Source of the DNA: Trueperaceae bacterium
Lineage (GTDB): Bacteria > Deinococcota > Deinococci > Deinococcales > Trueperaceae
Reading direction: 5' to 3'
Length of the DNA stretch: 64,000 nt
Assembly (NCBI GenBank): GCA_965213925.1
Contig: OZ243927.1
Location: 3,360,001-3,424,000 of the forward strand
Shown: positions 10,478 to 18,285 of the stretch, in pieces
How the letters are laid out: every line of letters begins with the position of its first letter
How positions within the stretch are numbered: position 1 is the stretch's first letter
Notes under the pieces: generated by a model
Database searches by the model: none
Seen by the model: only the letters and a program-made list of their open reading frames with translations
Told to the model about the DNA's origin: nothing
Program-made: the position numbers and the translations under genes

Positions 10478-10550
10478 GGGGCTTTAGCTCAGCTGGGAGA
10501 GCACCTGCTTTGCAAGCAGGGGGTCATCAGTTCGAATCTGATAAGCTCCA
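10478..10550 (+). tRNA. tRNA-Ala(UGC), 3' CCA not encoded
   Basis: Full cloverleaf: acceptor GGGGCTT/AAGCTCC with G3:U70, D arm GCTC/GAGC, anticodon arm CCTGC-TTTGCAA-GCAGG, T arm ATCAG-TTCGAAT-CTGAT, discriminator A. Confidence 0.96.
10507..10550 (+). repeat. att core, left copy (44 bp)
   Basis: GCTTTGCAAGCAGGGGGTCATCAGTTCGAATCTGATAAGCTCCA, identical to 15464-15507. Confidence 0.93.
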
Positions 10551-10576
10551 TACCGAGAAACAGCGTCAGGGACGTA

Positions 10577-10615
10577 AAGAAAGCACCTCACTTAAAACGG
10601 GGTGCTTCTCTTTTG
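10577..10615 (+). terminator. Intrinsic terminator after the tRNA (element-supplied)
   Basis: AAGCACCTC-ACTTAAAAC-GGGGTGCTT followed by CTCTTTTG. Confidence 0.65.
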
Positions 10616-10623
10616 CCCTAAAA

Positions 10624-10683
10624 TACAGCCAGAATACAGCCACGGGGTATTAAGACCTCTTCATACAGCCACAGGTACAGCCA
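10624..10683 (+). repeat. Four TACAGCCA direct repeats, probable integrase arm-type sites
   Basis: Copies at 10624, 10635, 10664 and 10676 in two pairs; three more copies at the other end (15299, 15319, 15330). Confidence 0.75.
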
Positions 10684-10844
10684 GCGTGACAGACGCCAAA
10701 GGTTAAGTTTTGTCCAGATGCCCCGGCTAAAGAAGAAGGGTGAGACCGTCGTGCGGTTCGTTCGGTAGTCACGCTCAAAAGCCACGCGCTGAGAGCCCCG
10801 CTACGGGCTTAGAGCGACCTCTTGAGGGTGAAGATACCTAACGG

Positions 10845-10877
10845 AAAAAGCCCCTACCCCGTGTAAGGGTAGAGGCT
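10845..10877 (-). terminator. Intrinsic terminator for the 229-aa ORF
   Basis: Hairpin AGCCCCTACCC/GGGTAGAGGCT preceded by an A-run, which is a U-tail on the minus strand. Confidence 0.6.
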
Positions 10878-10899
10878 CGAGGGAGTGCGCCGCGTGCGG

Positions 10900-11589
10900 T
10901 TAGCTGAGCGTAAGTCCCTCTTTGCTCATGGCGGGCTTGCTGTCCCAAATCACGTACGCTTCGAGCGCTTGCTTGAGGTCTTGGCGGGCGTCATTAAGGC
11001 GCGTGGCGGCGGCTAAGCTGTTCACACCCTCCTCTGAGAGCACCGTACCCATAAGCGGGGCTTTACGCTCATCGTATAAGGCTGTCAGGCTCGCACGCCC
11101 GATAGAGGTTAAGTAGCGCCCTGGAAACGGTGTCAGTAGCATCAGGTGACGCATAGCCTCATCCTCATCTTTCGCAAGGTTGAGCATGGCGTCGAGTACC
11201 TTTTCGGGCTCTACGCTGTTGAGAATCATTTGTGCGTCGGCGCGTGCGTTCATCTGTGCGCCCTGGTCGGGTGCGCCCTGGTCGCTCAGGATGCGCTTGA
11301 GTTTGCTCAGATACGTCTCGGTGTTGGTTCCCCAAACACTCTCAATGCTGCTAAGGCGCTGACTCACATCCGCGTTAAGAGGTGTGAACCGCTCGCCCTT
11401 GCCCGCCTCTGTCAAGCGGTGGTCGTTTAAGATGTCCCTTGCTTGCGCGTCGTGGCTGTCTAGCGTGGCGAAAAAGTTCTCCGTATGCCCGTGATAGCTC
11501 GAGGGGCTTGCGGGCGGCATGGGCGCGTTCTGAGCGGCGTTGATAACGGCGGTGAGGTGTTCTCCGAAGGTTTGCTGTGCGATGTTCAT
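10900..11589 (-). CDS. Hypothetical alpha-helical protein of the integrative element
   Basis: 229-aa ORF with AAGGAG RBS and its own terminator; no motif recognised. Confidence 0.7.
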   Translation of the reverse strand: MNIAQQTFGEHLTAVINAAQNAPMPPASPSSYHGHTENFFATLDSHDAQARDILNDHRLTEAGKGERFTPLNADVSQRLSSIESVWGTNTETYLSKLKRILSDQGAPDQGAQMNARADAQMILNSVEPEKVLDAMLNLAKDEDEAMRHLMLLTPFPGRYLTSIGRASLTALYDERKAPLMGTVLSEEGVNSLAAATRLNDARQDLKQALEAYVIWDSKPAMSKEGLTLS

Positions 11590-11769
11590 GTGTTCACTCC
11601 TTTAGTGAGGTTGGATTGTAGGGCGTTTCTTCCCTTACTATATCTATTCTACCATGTCAAGCGTTTACGTTACACTTTCGGGAATATCGGGAGAGGAACG
11701 CCAAAGGAAACACCCCCTTGCTAGAGAAGAGGGTGAGGGACGTGCTAACGGGTCCATCTTTGGATTGGT

Positions 11770-12075
11770 CTACTCTAACAGCTTGTGCCATTGTGGGGTG
11801 ATAGCTTGCGCCTCTGCGTAGTCCCTGAGTGCTTCACGGGTATAGCGCGGGTGTGCGCCTTCGTACTGGACAGCCTCGAGCTTACCCGTTTGACGTAGGT
11901 ACTTGAGCGCGTCCGTGTTGATGCCTAAGACCCGTGCGGCGTCTCCAGGGGTGAGGAGCGGCGGCACATGGCGCGGTATGCCCTTCGACGCTGCCAAGTC
12001 CTCTAGGGCGCGGCGGTAGCCCTCCTCAAAGGCTCGAGCCTCACTGCCTGTGTAGTCGGTCTGTAGGTCACTCAT
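11770..12075 (-). CDS. Helix-turn-helix (HTH_17/MerR-like) DNA-binding protein
   Basis: LLTPGDAARVLGINTDALKYLRQTGKL...HPRY; ATGA overlap with the rep gene. Confidence 0.75.
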   Translation of the reverse strand: MSDLQTDYTGSEARAFEEGYRRALEDLAASKGIPRHVPPLLTPGDAARVLGINTDALKYLRQTGKLEAVQYEGAHPRYTREALRDYAEAQAITPQWHKLLE

Positions 12076-12956
12076 GCTGCCCTCTGTAAAGCGGGTGTGG
12101 CGGGCGCGTTGACCTCAAAGCCTAGCAGCGCGGCGGCGTCATTCGCCTCGAGCCGCCTCTCGAGCCAGGGCTGGAGATTCATAAGCCCCACACCGTCATC
12201 ACGGTAGCCTCTCACGCCGTCGTACTTGCGGGCGCGGATGTCAGCGCGTACCGCGTCCAGAGCCGCACTAGAGGGTGAGGTGAGGGCGATGATATTGACC
12301 CCACCTGCTACGCTGTCACTCTCTACAGCGCTGTCATCCTCCGCGTCCTCCACACCTTCCTTCTTAGCCGGGACTGAGGTAGGCGCGTGTGCCTTTGCAT
12401 CATCCCTTTCTTTATCTTTCTTTAGACACTCGTGAACCTCGTCACTGACAGCGTTTCTAGCGTTTGGGCGGGTTCTTTTTGACCCCACCCCTGGGTTCTT
12501 TTTGACCCCACCTAAACGACGCTCCACACCTTCTTTGAGCACGCGATAAGCGTAGGATTTTTGATGGTTTACGGTGGCTCTAGTCCGTCCGATTAACCCA
12601 GCCTTTCGCAGACTTCTCAGGGCACGCTTAACACTACTCTTTGACTTACCCGTAGCCTCCACTAGGTCGTTCTGACTCATGGCGACCTCTTCACGATGCC
12701 ACCCGGTTGTGTTGCGCGTGAGGGCTACCATGACGGCGTACTCGCTTGCTGTGAGCCCCTTGAGCGCGGCTATGAGGTCATTATCCATCTTGGTAAAACC
12801 CTTCTTCTTAGCGCGTCTCTTAGGAGCTTCGGCGGGCGCGGCGGGCGCGGCGGGCGGCTCGGTGGCGGCGGCGGGCTTAGCGGCTTGCGCGGCTTTACGC
12901 TTAGCCCTGTTCGCTCTCACACGCTCGAGCATGTTGTCTACAGCTTTCTCGCTCAC
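12072..12956 (-). CDS. Phage-type (lambda O-like) replication initiator with winged HTH
   Basis: GFTKMDNDLIAAL..LTASEYAVMVALTRNTTGWH...MSQNDLVEATGKSKSSVKRALRSL resembles Phage_rep_O N-termini; internal iteron pair. Confidence 0.7.
   Translation of the reverse strand: MSEKAVDNMLERVRANRAKRKAAQAAKPAAATEPPAAPAAPAEAPKRRAKKKGFTKMDNDLIAALKGLTASEYAVMVALTRNTTGWHREEVAMSQNDLVEATGKSKSSVKRALRSLRKAGLIGRTRATVNHQKSYAYRVLKEGVERRLGGVKKNPGVGSKRTRPNARNAVSDEVHECLKKDKERDDAKAHAPTSVPAKKEGVEDAEDDSAVESDSVAGGVNIIALTSPSSAALDAVRADIRARKYDGVRGYRDDGVGLMNLQPWLERRLEANDAAALLGFEVNAPATPALQRAA
12470..12512. repeat. Two exact 20-bp direct repeats inside rep (putative iterons/origin)
   Basis: GGGTTCTTTTTGACCCCACC at 12470-12489 and 12493-12512 (period 23 bp). 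Confidence 0.7.
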
Positions 12957-13162
12957 GCTGCCACCCCTAACGCGGTCTCACGCTCAATAAAGCCCGTGAC
13001 CTCCGAAGAGGGGATGAGTATCTTGCGCCCGACCTTGAGGTGTTTGATACGGTTAGCCCGCAAGAGGTCATAGACGGAGTTGCGCCCTATCGCGCCTTGC
13101 ATCTGCGCTAGGAACTCGTCAACGGTTAGAAGGGGCTTAGGTGCGGCGTCTTGTAAAATCAT
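12953..13162 (-). CDS. Excisionase-like HTH_17 protein
   Basis: LLTVDEFL...IGRNSVYDLLRANRIKHLKVGRKILIP. Confidence 0.8.
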   Translation of the reverse strand: MILQDAAPKPLLTVDEFLAQMQGAIGRNSVYDLLRANRIKHLKVGRKILIPSSEVTGFIERETALGVAA

Positions 13163-13350
13163 CGTGTTACCTTCCGTTCTCTGTAGTCTGTCATGACACT
13201 AAGCGTGTGTCATATATGCTTTATTGTAGTTGTTGACTGAGAAGCAAGCAGGGGATTTTACACAACGAAAAGGGACGACGCGGTATGTCGTCCCTCATCA
13301 AAAGTTAATGTCTGTAAACTGTCGCCCTAAGCAGAATTAGCGGGTACGTG

Positions 13351-13746
13351 CTAGGTGTTCACCTCATGGCGCAACGCTTCTAGTTCATCCTGTGCCTCTG
13401 AGAGCCCTTGAGTTAGTTGACCTACTAGCGTCTCGAGCTTCTTGACGCGACGGCGCGTTTCGGCGGTCTGTGCGTCCTTCTGCGTTTGCTTTACGCCTAC
13501 TTCCCCCCACCCAAAGAGGTAGTACATAAAGGTTTGCAAGTCCATCCCGTACACCTCACCTATAGCCCTAGAGGACTTCATAGTTAAGGAGTTCACGTCA
13601 GCCTTACCCGTCTCCAAACGCCCGATATAGGAATACGACACCGCGCCGTCTGTCATCTCCTCCACATCGCGCATAGTGAGACCGTTGTGTAGTCGGAGGC
13701 TTCTTAACCGCTCATGGGGTTGCTTGTTTTTGTCGTCTTCGCGCAT
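13351..13746 (-). CDS. XRE-family HTH repressor with C-terminal coiled coil
   Basis: ERLRSLRLHNGLTMRDVEEM...VSYSYIGRLETG. Confidence 0.8.
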   Translation of the reverse strand: MREDDKNKQPHERLRSLRLHNGLTMRDVEEMTDGAVSYSYIGRLETGKADVNSLTMKSSRAIGEVYGMDLQTFMYYLFGWGEVGVKQTQKDAQTAETRRRVKKLETLVGQLTQGLSEAQDELEALRHEVNT

Positions 13747-13794
13747 ATGAGTAAACTACTATGGATTTGTTTACTCATAAGGTGATATGTCACG

Positions 13795-14100
13795 TTAGTC
13801 GTGAGCAGTAGCCGACCTCACGCCCGCGCCTGCACCCTCTACCTCTTGCGCTGTCGCCTTCTTCTCTACCTCGAGTGAGTCGCCTATGCGGTTTAGCTGC
13901 TCCAGGATTGCGCCCAAACCTAAGAAAAGCATTCCACTAAACAGCGATGAGCAAAATATTGAGATGCCATAAAGCGCGGTTAGTTGAAACGCCTGAGCCG
14001 ACGTTGAACCCTGGAGCCCGAAGATGGTTAGAGCCGTTGCGATTGTGCCCAAGATGAGTGTCACTCTACCTAAAGATTTCAGATTAGCTGCAATTTTCAT
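13795..14100 (-). CDS. Small two-TM membrane protein
   Basis: Two hydrophobic segments; start placed at the ATG 6 nt after TACGCT (leaderless -10). Confidence 0.6.
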   Translation of the reverse strand: MKIAANLKSLGRVTLILGTIATALTIFGLQGSTSAQAFQLTALYGISIFCSSLFSGMLFLGLGAILEQLNRIGDSLEVEKKATAQEVEGAGAGVRSATAHD

Positions 14101-14174
14101 GCAGACAGCGTAGCGCCTGCGCACTGAGAGCGCTGTGAAGCGTTTGGCACACCCCCCCGGCTAAAGAGAAGGGG

Positions 14175-15299
14175 TTAGGCGTCCTCCGGCTCGAGGGACG
14201 GCACAGTAAACACCTCATCATCCCGAAACGCCGTGTAGATGTCTAGCGTAGTGCTAGGGCGGCTGTGACCTAAGAGGCTCGAGGCGGTGCGCAGCTTGAC
14301 ACCTGAGTAATGCAGGTTCGTAGCGAAGGCGTGACGGAGGTCGTGAACGGTGGCGCGGGGTAGGTTCGGCGTGTTCGCTTGCAGCTTATAAAAGTCGCGC
14401 CTAAAGTTTTCGTGGCTGATAGGGGTATTGACCTGTGAGACGAACACGAGCCCCCCGTGTGACCACTCAGCCCCGATGAACGCTAACGCCTCAACTTGCT
14501 TAACCCTGTGCGCGTCCAGCACCTCTACAGCCTTGGCGGGTAGTCCTACCTTACGCACGCTCGAGGCGGTCTTGAGCGGCGCTACCGTGCCGTCTCTGCC
14601 TACCTGTTGCCTCACGCTTAACACGCCGTCCTCCATATCCACCCAGCGCACCCCTAGAAGCTCACCTAAGCGTAAGCCCGTGCTCGCTGCTAGATAGAAC
14701 GCGGCATATAGCCTGTGGTCCTTCGCGGTCTCTAGGAAGCGTGTGCGCTGTTCGGGCGTCCAGATGACCTTAGTGCGCGGCGTCTCTGCTACGGGCTCTA
14801 CAGCCTTGACGGGGTTGCGGTGCAATAGCTCGAGCCTCACAGCCTCCTCTAGCGCCCCGTGTAAGTAGGTGCGCGATTGGTTCGCACTCCTAGCCCCCAC
14901 CTTGCGCCCCGTGTCGCGTATTGCCCTCTTCACGTCGGCGGGTTTGAGCTTAGCAAGCTGTATGTGACCTATACGGCGCTGTACGTGCCCTAGAGCGCGT
15001 TTGTAGGTCTCGAGCGTGCGCGGTCTCACCTCTCCAGTCTTATCCTTTAGCCAGGACTGGAGGTAGTCGCCTAGCGTCTGCCTGTCATCGCTGTACGTGC
15101 CTAAGCCGACCTCACGCTTGATAGCCTCGAGCTTAGCTAACGCCTCAGCTTGCGTATTGCCTGTGACCTCTTTGCGCTTGCGCTTGCCTTCTGGACTGTA
15201 CCCGAGGGTGATAGAGCCGACCCATTTACCCGTTGACGCACGCCTGTAAACGCTGCCTTCATTGTTTGCCCGTTTGGAGGATTTCTTAGCTCGTGCCAT
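14175..15299 (-). CDS. Tyrosine integrase (ICEBs1/Tn916-like)
   Basis: N-terminal RANNEGSVYRR arm-binding domain; TGLRLGELLG, LKT, HDLRH, LLGHS and TLDIY; adjacent to the right att site. Start moved to MARAKK (TACGCT-N6-ATG). Confidence 0.93.
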   Translation of the reverse strand: MARAKKSSKRANNEGSVYRRASTGKWVGSITLGYSPEGKRKRKEVTGNTQAEALAKLEAIKREVGLGTYSDDRQTLGDYLQSWLKDKTGEVRPRTLETYKRALGHVQRRIGHIQLAKLKPADVKRAIRDTGRKVGARSANQSRTYLHGALEEAVRLELLHRNPVKAVEPVAETPRTKVIWTPEQRTRFLETAKDHRLYAAFYLAASTGLRLGELLGVRWVDMEDGVLSVRQQVGRDGTVAPLKTASSVRKVGLPAKAVEVLDAHRVKQVEALAFIGAEWSHGGLVFVSQVNTPISHENFRRDFYKLQANTPNLPRATVHDLRHAFATNLHYSGVKLRTASSLLGHSRPSTTLDIYTAFRDDEVFTVPSLEPEDA

Positions 15300-15463
15300 A
15301 CAGCCAGCGTAGCAGAAATACAGCCACAATACAGCCACGGTTTTCACATGAGACGGGATGAGCCGGGATAGAGCCTGTGAGATATTTCGAATAAAGCGCG
15401 TGAGGGACGCATAGAAAGGAGTTCTGTAAAGTACGGTAATTTCCGGCGGTACACTCCCGGTAG

Positions 15464-15510
15464 GCTTTGCAAGCAGGGGGTCATCAGTTCGAATCTGATA
15501 AGCTCCACCA
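15464..15510 (+). repeat. att core, right copy: displaced tRNA-Ala 3' half with CCA
   Basis: 44-bp identity to 10507-10550, followed by CCA. Confidence 0.92.
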
Positions 15511-15534
15511 TCAGAAAAGTGCGTGCAGGACGTA

Positions 15535-15575
15535 AGAAACCGAGATGCTTAAACGGCGTCTCGGTTCTCTTTTTG
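15535..15575 (+). terminator. Terminator hairpin after the right att site
   Basis: AACCGAGATGC-TTAAACG-GCGTCTCGGTT followed by CTCTTTTTG; layout resembles the terminator at 10577. Confidence 0.65.
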
Positions 15576-15622
15576 CTTAGTGGCACCTTAAAGGCACCTA
15601 CAGGGTTTTTCAGGGGTGCACT

Positions 15623-16648
15623 GTGAGCGGCGCGGCGTCCGTTCCACCCCCTGCTACTGATAGGGGGGTGGAAGTTACACACAAAATCGACTTTTTGACG
15701 TGTACGACGCAGAAACCCCTACTTGATACCGTCGCAGCTTTGAGCGACTTTATGAACGCGGACTTTGAGCACAAGCCGTATGGGTTCAATGGCTACCAAC
15801 AGCACTACGCAGGCATGAACGGTGTGACGGTTAGCTTTACCCCTGGACGCGCTGACATCTCGGTTTCAATCCCTGGTACAGCCTGCACTCAGTTGGGGAC
15901 ACTGAACCTCATCGGCATCACGGACGAACTAGAAGCGATGCCGACGCGGGTTGACTACGCTTACGACCATTGCAACTTCACGCCTAAGACCTTCGACAGA
16001 GCTTGGGAGAAGGGCAACGTGAACACCCGTGTGAGGCGTTCTGGTGACTCCTATCTGTACATGAGAAATGGGGAGGGCAACGAGACCGTGTACATGGGCG
16101 CGGCGTCCTCTGAAAGCCGTCTGGTGTGCTACAACAAGCGCGGGTATACCCGCCTCGAGATGAGGCTGAAAAAAGAGCGGGCGGCGAAGTTCTGGGCGAT
16201 GGTCTGCGCTGCACCTGAAGACCTCGGAGAGGTTGGCGCGGGAGTGATTGTTGCACACGTTGACTTCGTGAAGCGATCCAAGACGGACAGCAATGTGAGC
16301 CGTGCCCCTCGGTTGCGCTGGTGGGCTAAGTTTCTCAAAGATGCTGAGAAGATACGCTTATCCGACCCTGAGCCCGAACCAACAGTAGAGCGGGCTAAAA
16401 AGTTCGTGAACAACGCGGCGGGGATGATTGAAACGGTTTTTCAGATTGCAGAGCAGCGCGGTGTGGATGAGCGGACCCTACTAAACACGCTCCGAACGCG
16501 CGGTAAGCGTCTCATGCGAGACCGACACCGCAGCATCCTTGCAATGGCTGTGATGCGCCCTGAGCCGCCTGTAGAGCCTGAGCCGATACAGCGGAGTCTC
16601 TTTACAGTAGGCGAACCCGTGCGACAATTTCATAGCGGAGCGAGATAG
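15623..16648 (+). CDS. Rep_trans-family replication initiator / MOB-T-like relaxase
   Basis: KIDFLTCT, GFNGY, SIPGTAC, TRVDYAYD, ETVYMGAASSESRLVCYNK and TRLEMRLK match the Rep_trans (PF02486) motif series. Confidence 0.82.
   Translation: MSGAASVPPPATDRGVEVTHKIDFLTCTTQKPLLDTVAALSDFMNADFEHKPYGFNGYQQHYAGMNGVTVSFTPGRADISVSIPGTACTQLGTLNLIGITDELEAMPTRVDYAYDHCNFTPKTFDRAWEKGNVNTRVRRSGDSYLYMRNGEGNETVYMGAASSESRLVCYNKRGYTRLEMRLKKERAAKFWAMVCAAPEDLGEVGAGVIVAHVDFVKRSKTDSNVSRAPRLRWWAKFLKDAEKIRLSDPEPEPTVERAKKFVNNAAGMIETVFQIAEQRGVDERTLLNTLRTRGKRLMRDRHRSILAMAVMRPEPPVEPEPIQRSLFTVGEPVRQFHSGAR
15642..15673. other. GC-rich hairpin in the 5' end of the Rep_trans gene, candidate nick site (dso/oriT)
   Basis: TTCCACCCCC-TGCTACTGATAG-GGGGGTGGAA. 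Confidence 0.6.
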
Positions 16649-16796
16649 TTACGGAGCGCAGCGGAGTAACGCCCCTCGCACCCTAACCGCTATCCTCTTT
16701 TGTTTCAGAAGGTTGCTAACGCGGGTTTTTGGACTGGTTCTACCATAAGAGAAGCGCTAGCACGTAACATCTAGCTATCTTTACGGAGGCCAGAAC

Positions 16797-17756
16797 ATGT
16801 CAGATGAAGCTGAGCCAACTCATGCAGAATTAACAGATGAAAACAAAGCATTGAAAGATGAGATTGAAACGCTAAAAAATGAGCTTGCCCATCACAAGCG
16901 CACGATTGCAACAGGAAAATGGACCCTAAAGAATCTCATTGTATTCGGTAAGAAACTCTTCCTCGGCCCAAGCCTTGATAGCAGAATTAAGAAATAGCTC
17001 GAAGCTGTAAAGGGCGGTAACCTTCTACCTACCGATGAAACGGCGAATGTTGTAGCAGCCATCATTAGGCGAAGGATGGGCTTCTATATTTTCGCTATTA
17101 TCGGCACCCTAGGTGCGATCTCCACTACGGGGCTATTGGTATGGCAAAATACTCTATTCCAGCGACAGATCAGGCAGCAAGCGGAGCAAGATACACTAAC
17201 CCGCCGCGCCCAGTTGATTCAGGTTCTCTACGATGCAACTTGTGAAGAGGAGATTCAGCGGCGCGATACGGCTGATGGAGCGACAGAAGAGGTAACTGTA
17301 GAGACATGCACACCAGTTTCAGATGAACGGTCAAGAGCAGAGGCGGCGAAAGTTTTCCTGTCTATAGAACGCAGGGCTGGTGTGACTGAACCAGACTTAT
17401 CAAGAAGCCGTCTTGAGAATACAGACCTCAGTGGCGCAAACCTTAGAGGCGCAGACCTCATGGCTACAGAACTCAGCGGTACAAGGCTCAGTGGCGCAGA
17501 TCTCAGAGGCGCAAATCTCAGTCCTGCAGACTTCAGTGGCGCATTCCTCTTCGGCGCAGACCTCAGAGGTGCAGACCTCATTGAAGCAAATCTCAATGAC
17601 GCAGACCTCTCCACAAACTTCTTACTATTCCATACCAGTCAAACCGTGTACGATTCAGCAACACATTTTCCGCCTGCTTTCGAAATACCAGATAGCATGT
17701 GTCTTTATGAAAATGGCGATCCAAATGGTTGTTTTCGGTCTCGCACTGTAGATTAG
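16797..17756 (+). pseudogene. Membrane-anchored pentapeptide-repeat protein split by one in-frame TAG
   Basis: ORFs 16797-16997 and 17076-17756 are in the same frame with only the TAG at 16995-97 between them; GGAGG RBS before 16797; A(D/N)LxG pentapeptide repeats. Confidence 0.75.
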
Positions 17757-17912
17757 CTTTCCCTACCATTCACTTAGCGCTATCTGTACTTTTATGAAAA
17801 GTAGAGCAAGCAACGGGAAAGCGGTCTAAAGTGTTTCGACTCTGAACTCGTCACTAAGGTCAAGGGCTTGGGCCGAAGGGCTGCGAAGTGGAGCGCAGCA
17901 CCCTTGGCCGTG

Positions 17913-18285
17913 CTAACTGCGGCTAAGGGTGACGGCGTGACCTACGCTCGAGGTCTCCCAGAGGGAGAGCACGAAAAGCGTGTGCTCTCCCTCTGGGTTG
18001 GCTTGCGCTGAGCGTTCTTCCTGTTCGCTTTCTTCTTCCTCGTTAGAGTCCTCTCCTGACTCGATCCCTATTAAATTTGTAACCTTGTGCATCTCTTCGA
18101 AAGCTTCCCACATCATCTCTTTGAAGTCCTTCCTCTCTAGAGGAATGTAATCACCTGCGTCAGCACCTATGAATAATCCTGCGGTGAACTGCATCTGAGC
18201 ATCAATTTCTTTGCCTACTGCCTGCATCAAGTCGGTGAAGATGTCCTCGAGCTTTTCGACTGGTATGGACTTGAGTAGGTCTAAC
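17913..18285 (-). pseudogene. Acidic hypothetical ORF whose 5' part is removed at the ISL3 left end
   Basis: The open frame runs into the IS terminal repeat at 18286; no recognisable continuation on the other side of the IS. Confidence 0.5.

Larger units (their letters stand above)
10507..15507 (-). mobile_element. 5.0-kb integrative element (phage-satellite/PICI-like or cryptic integrated replicon) in tRNA-Ala
   Basis: Bounded by identical 44-bp direct repeats of the tRNA 3' half. Carries integrase, XRE repressor, excisionase and replication initiator; no recognisable virion or conjugation genes. Confidence 0.9.

Noticed and set aside
10721..14174. Related CCCCGGCTAAAGA(A)GAAGGG motifs at 10721 and 14155, with a weaker one near 11713
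   Set aside because: The similarity is real but short. They most simply are weak hairpins or terminators, and no further function can be supported.
14175..15299. The island integrase as the enzyme for the 34-bp sites
   Set aside because: Its att core (tRNA 3' half) and arm repeats (TACAGCCA) show no similarity to those sites, and I saw no such arm repeats near them.
15344..15682. 112-aa minus-strand ORF across the right att site
   Set aside because: It is an antisense reading of the tRNA fragment and terminator.
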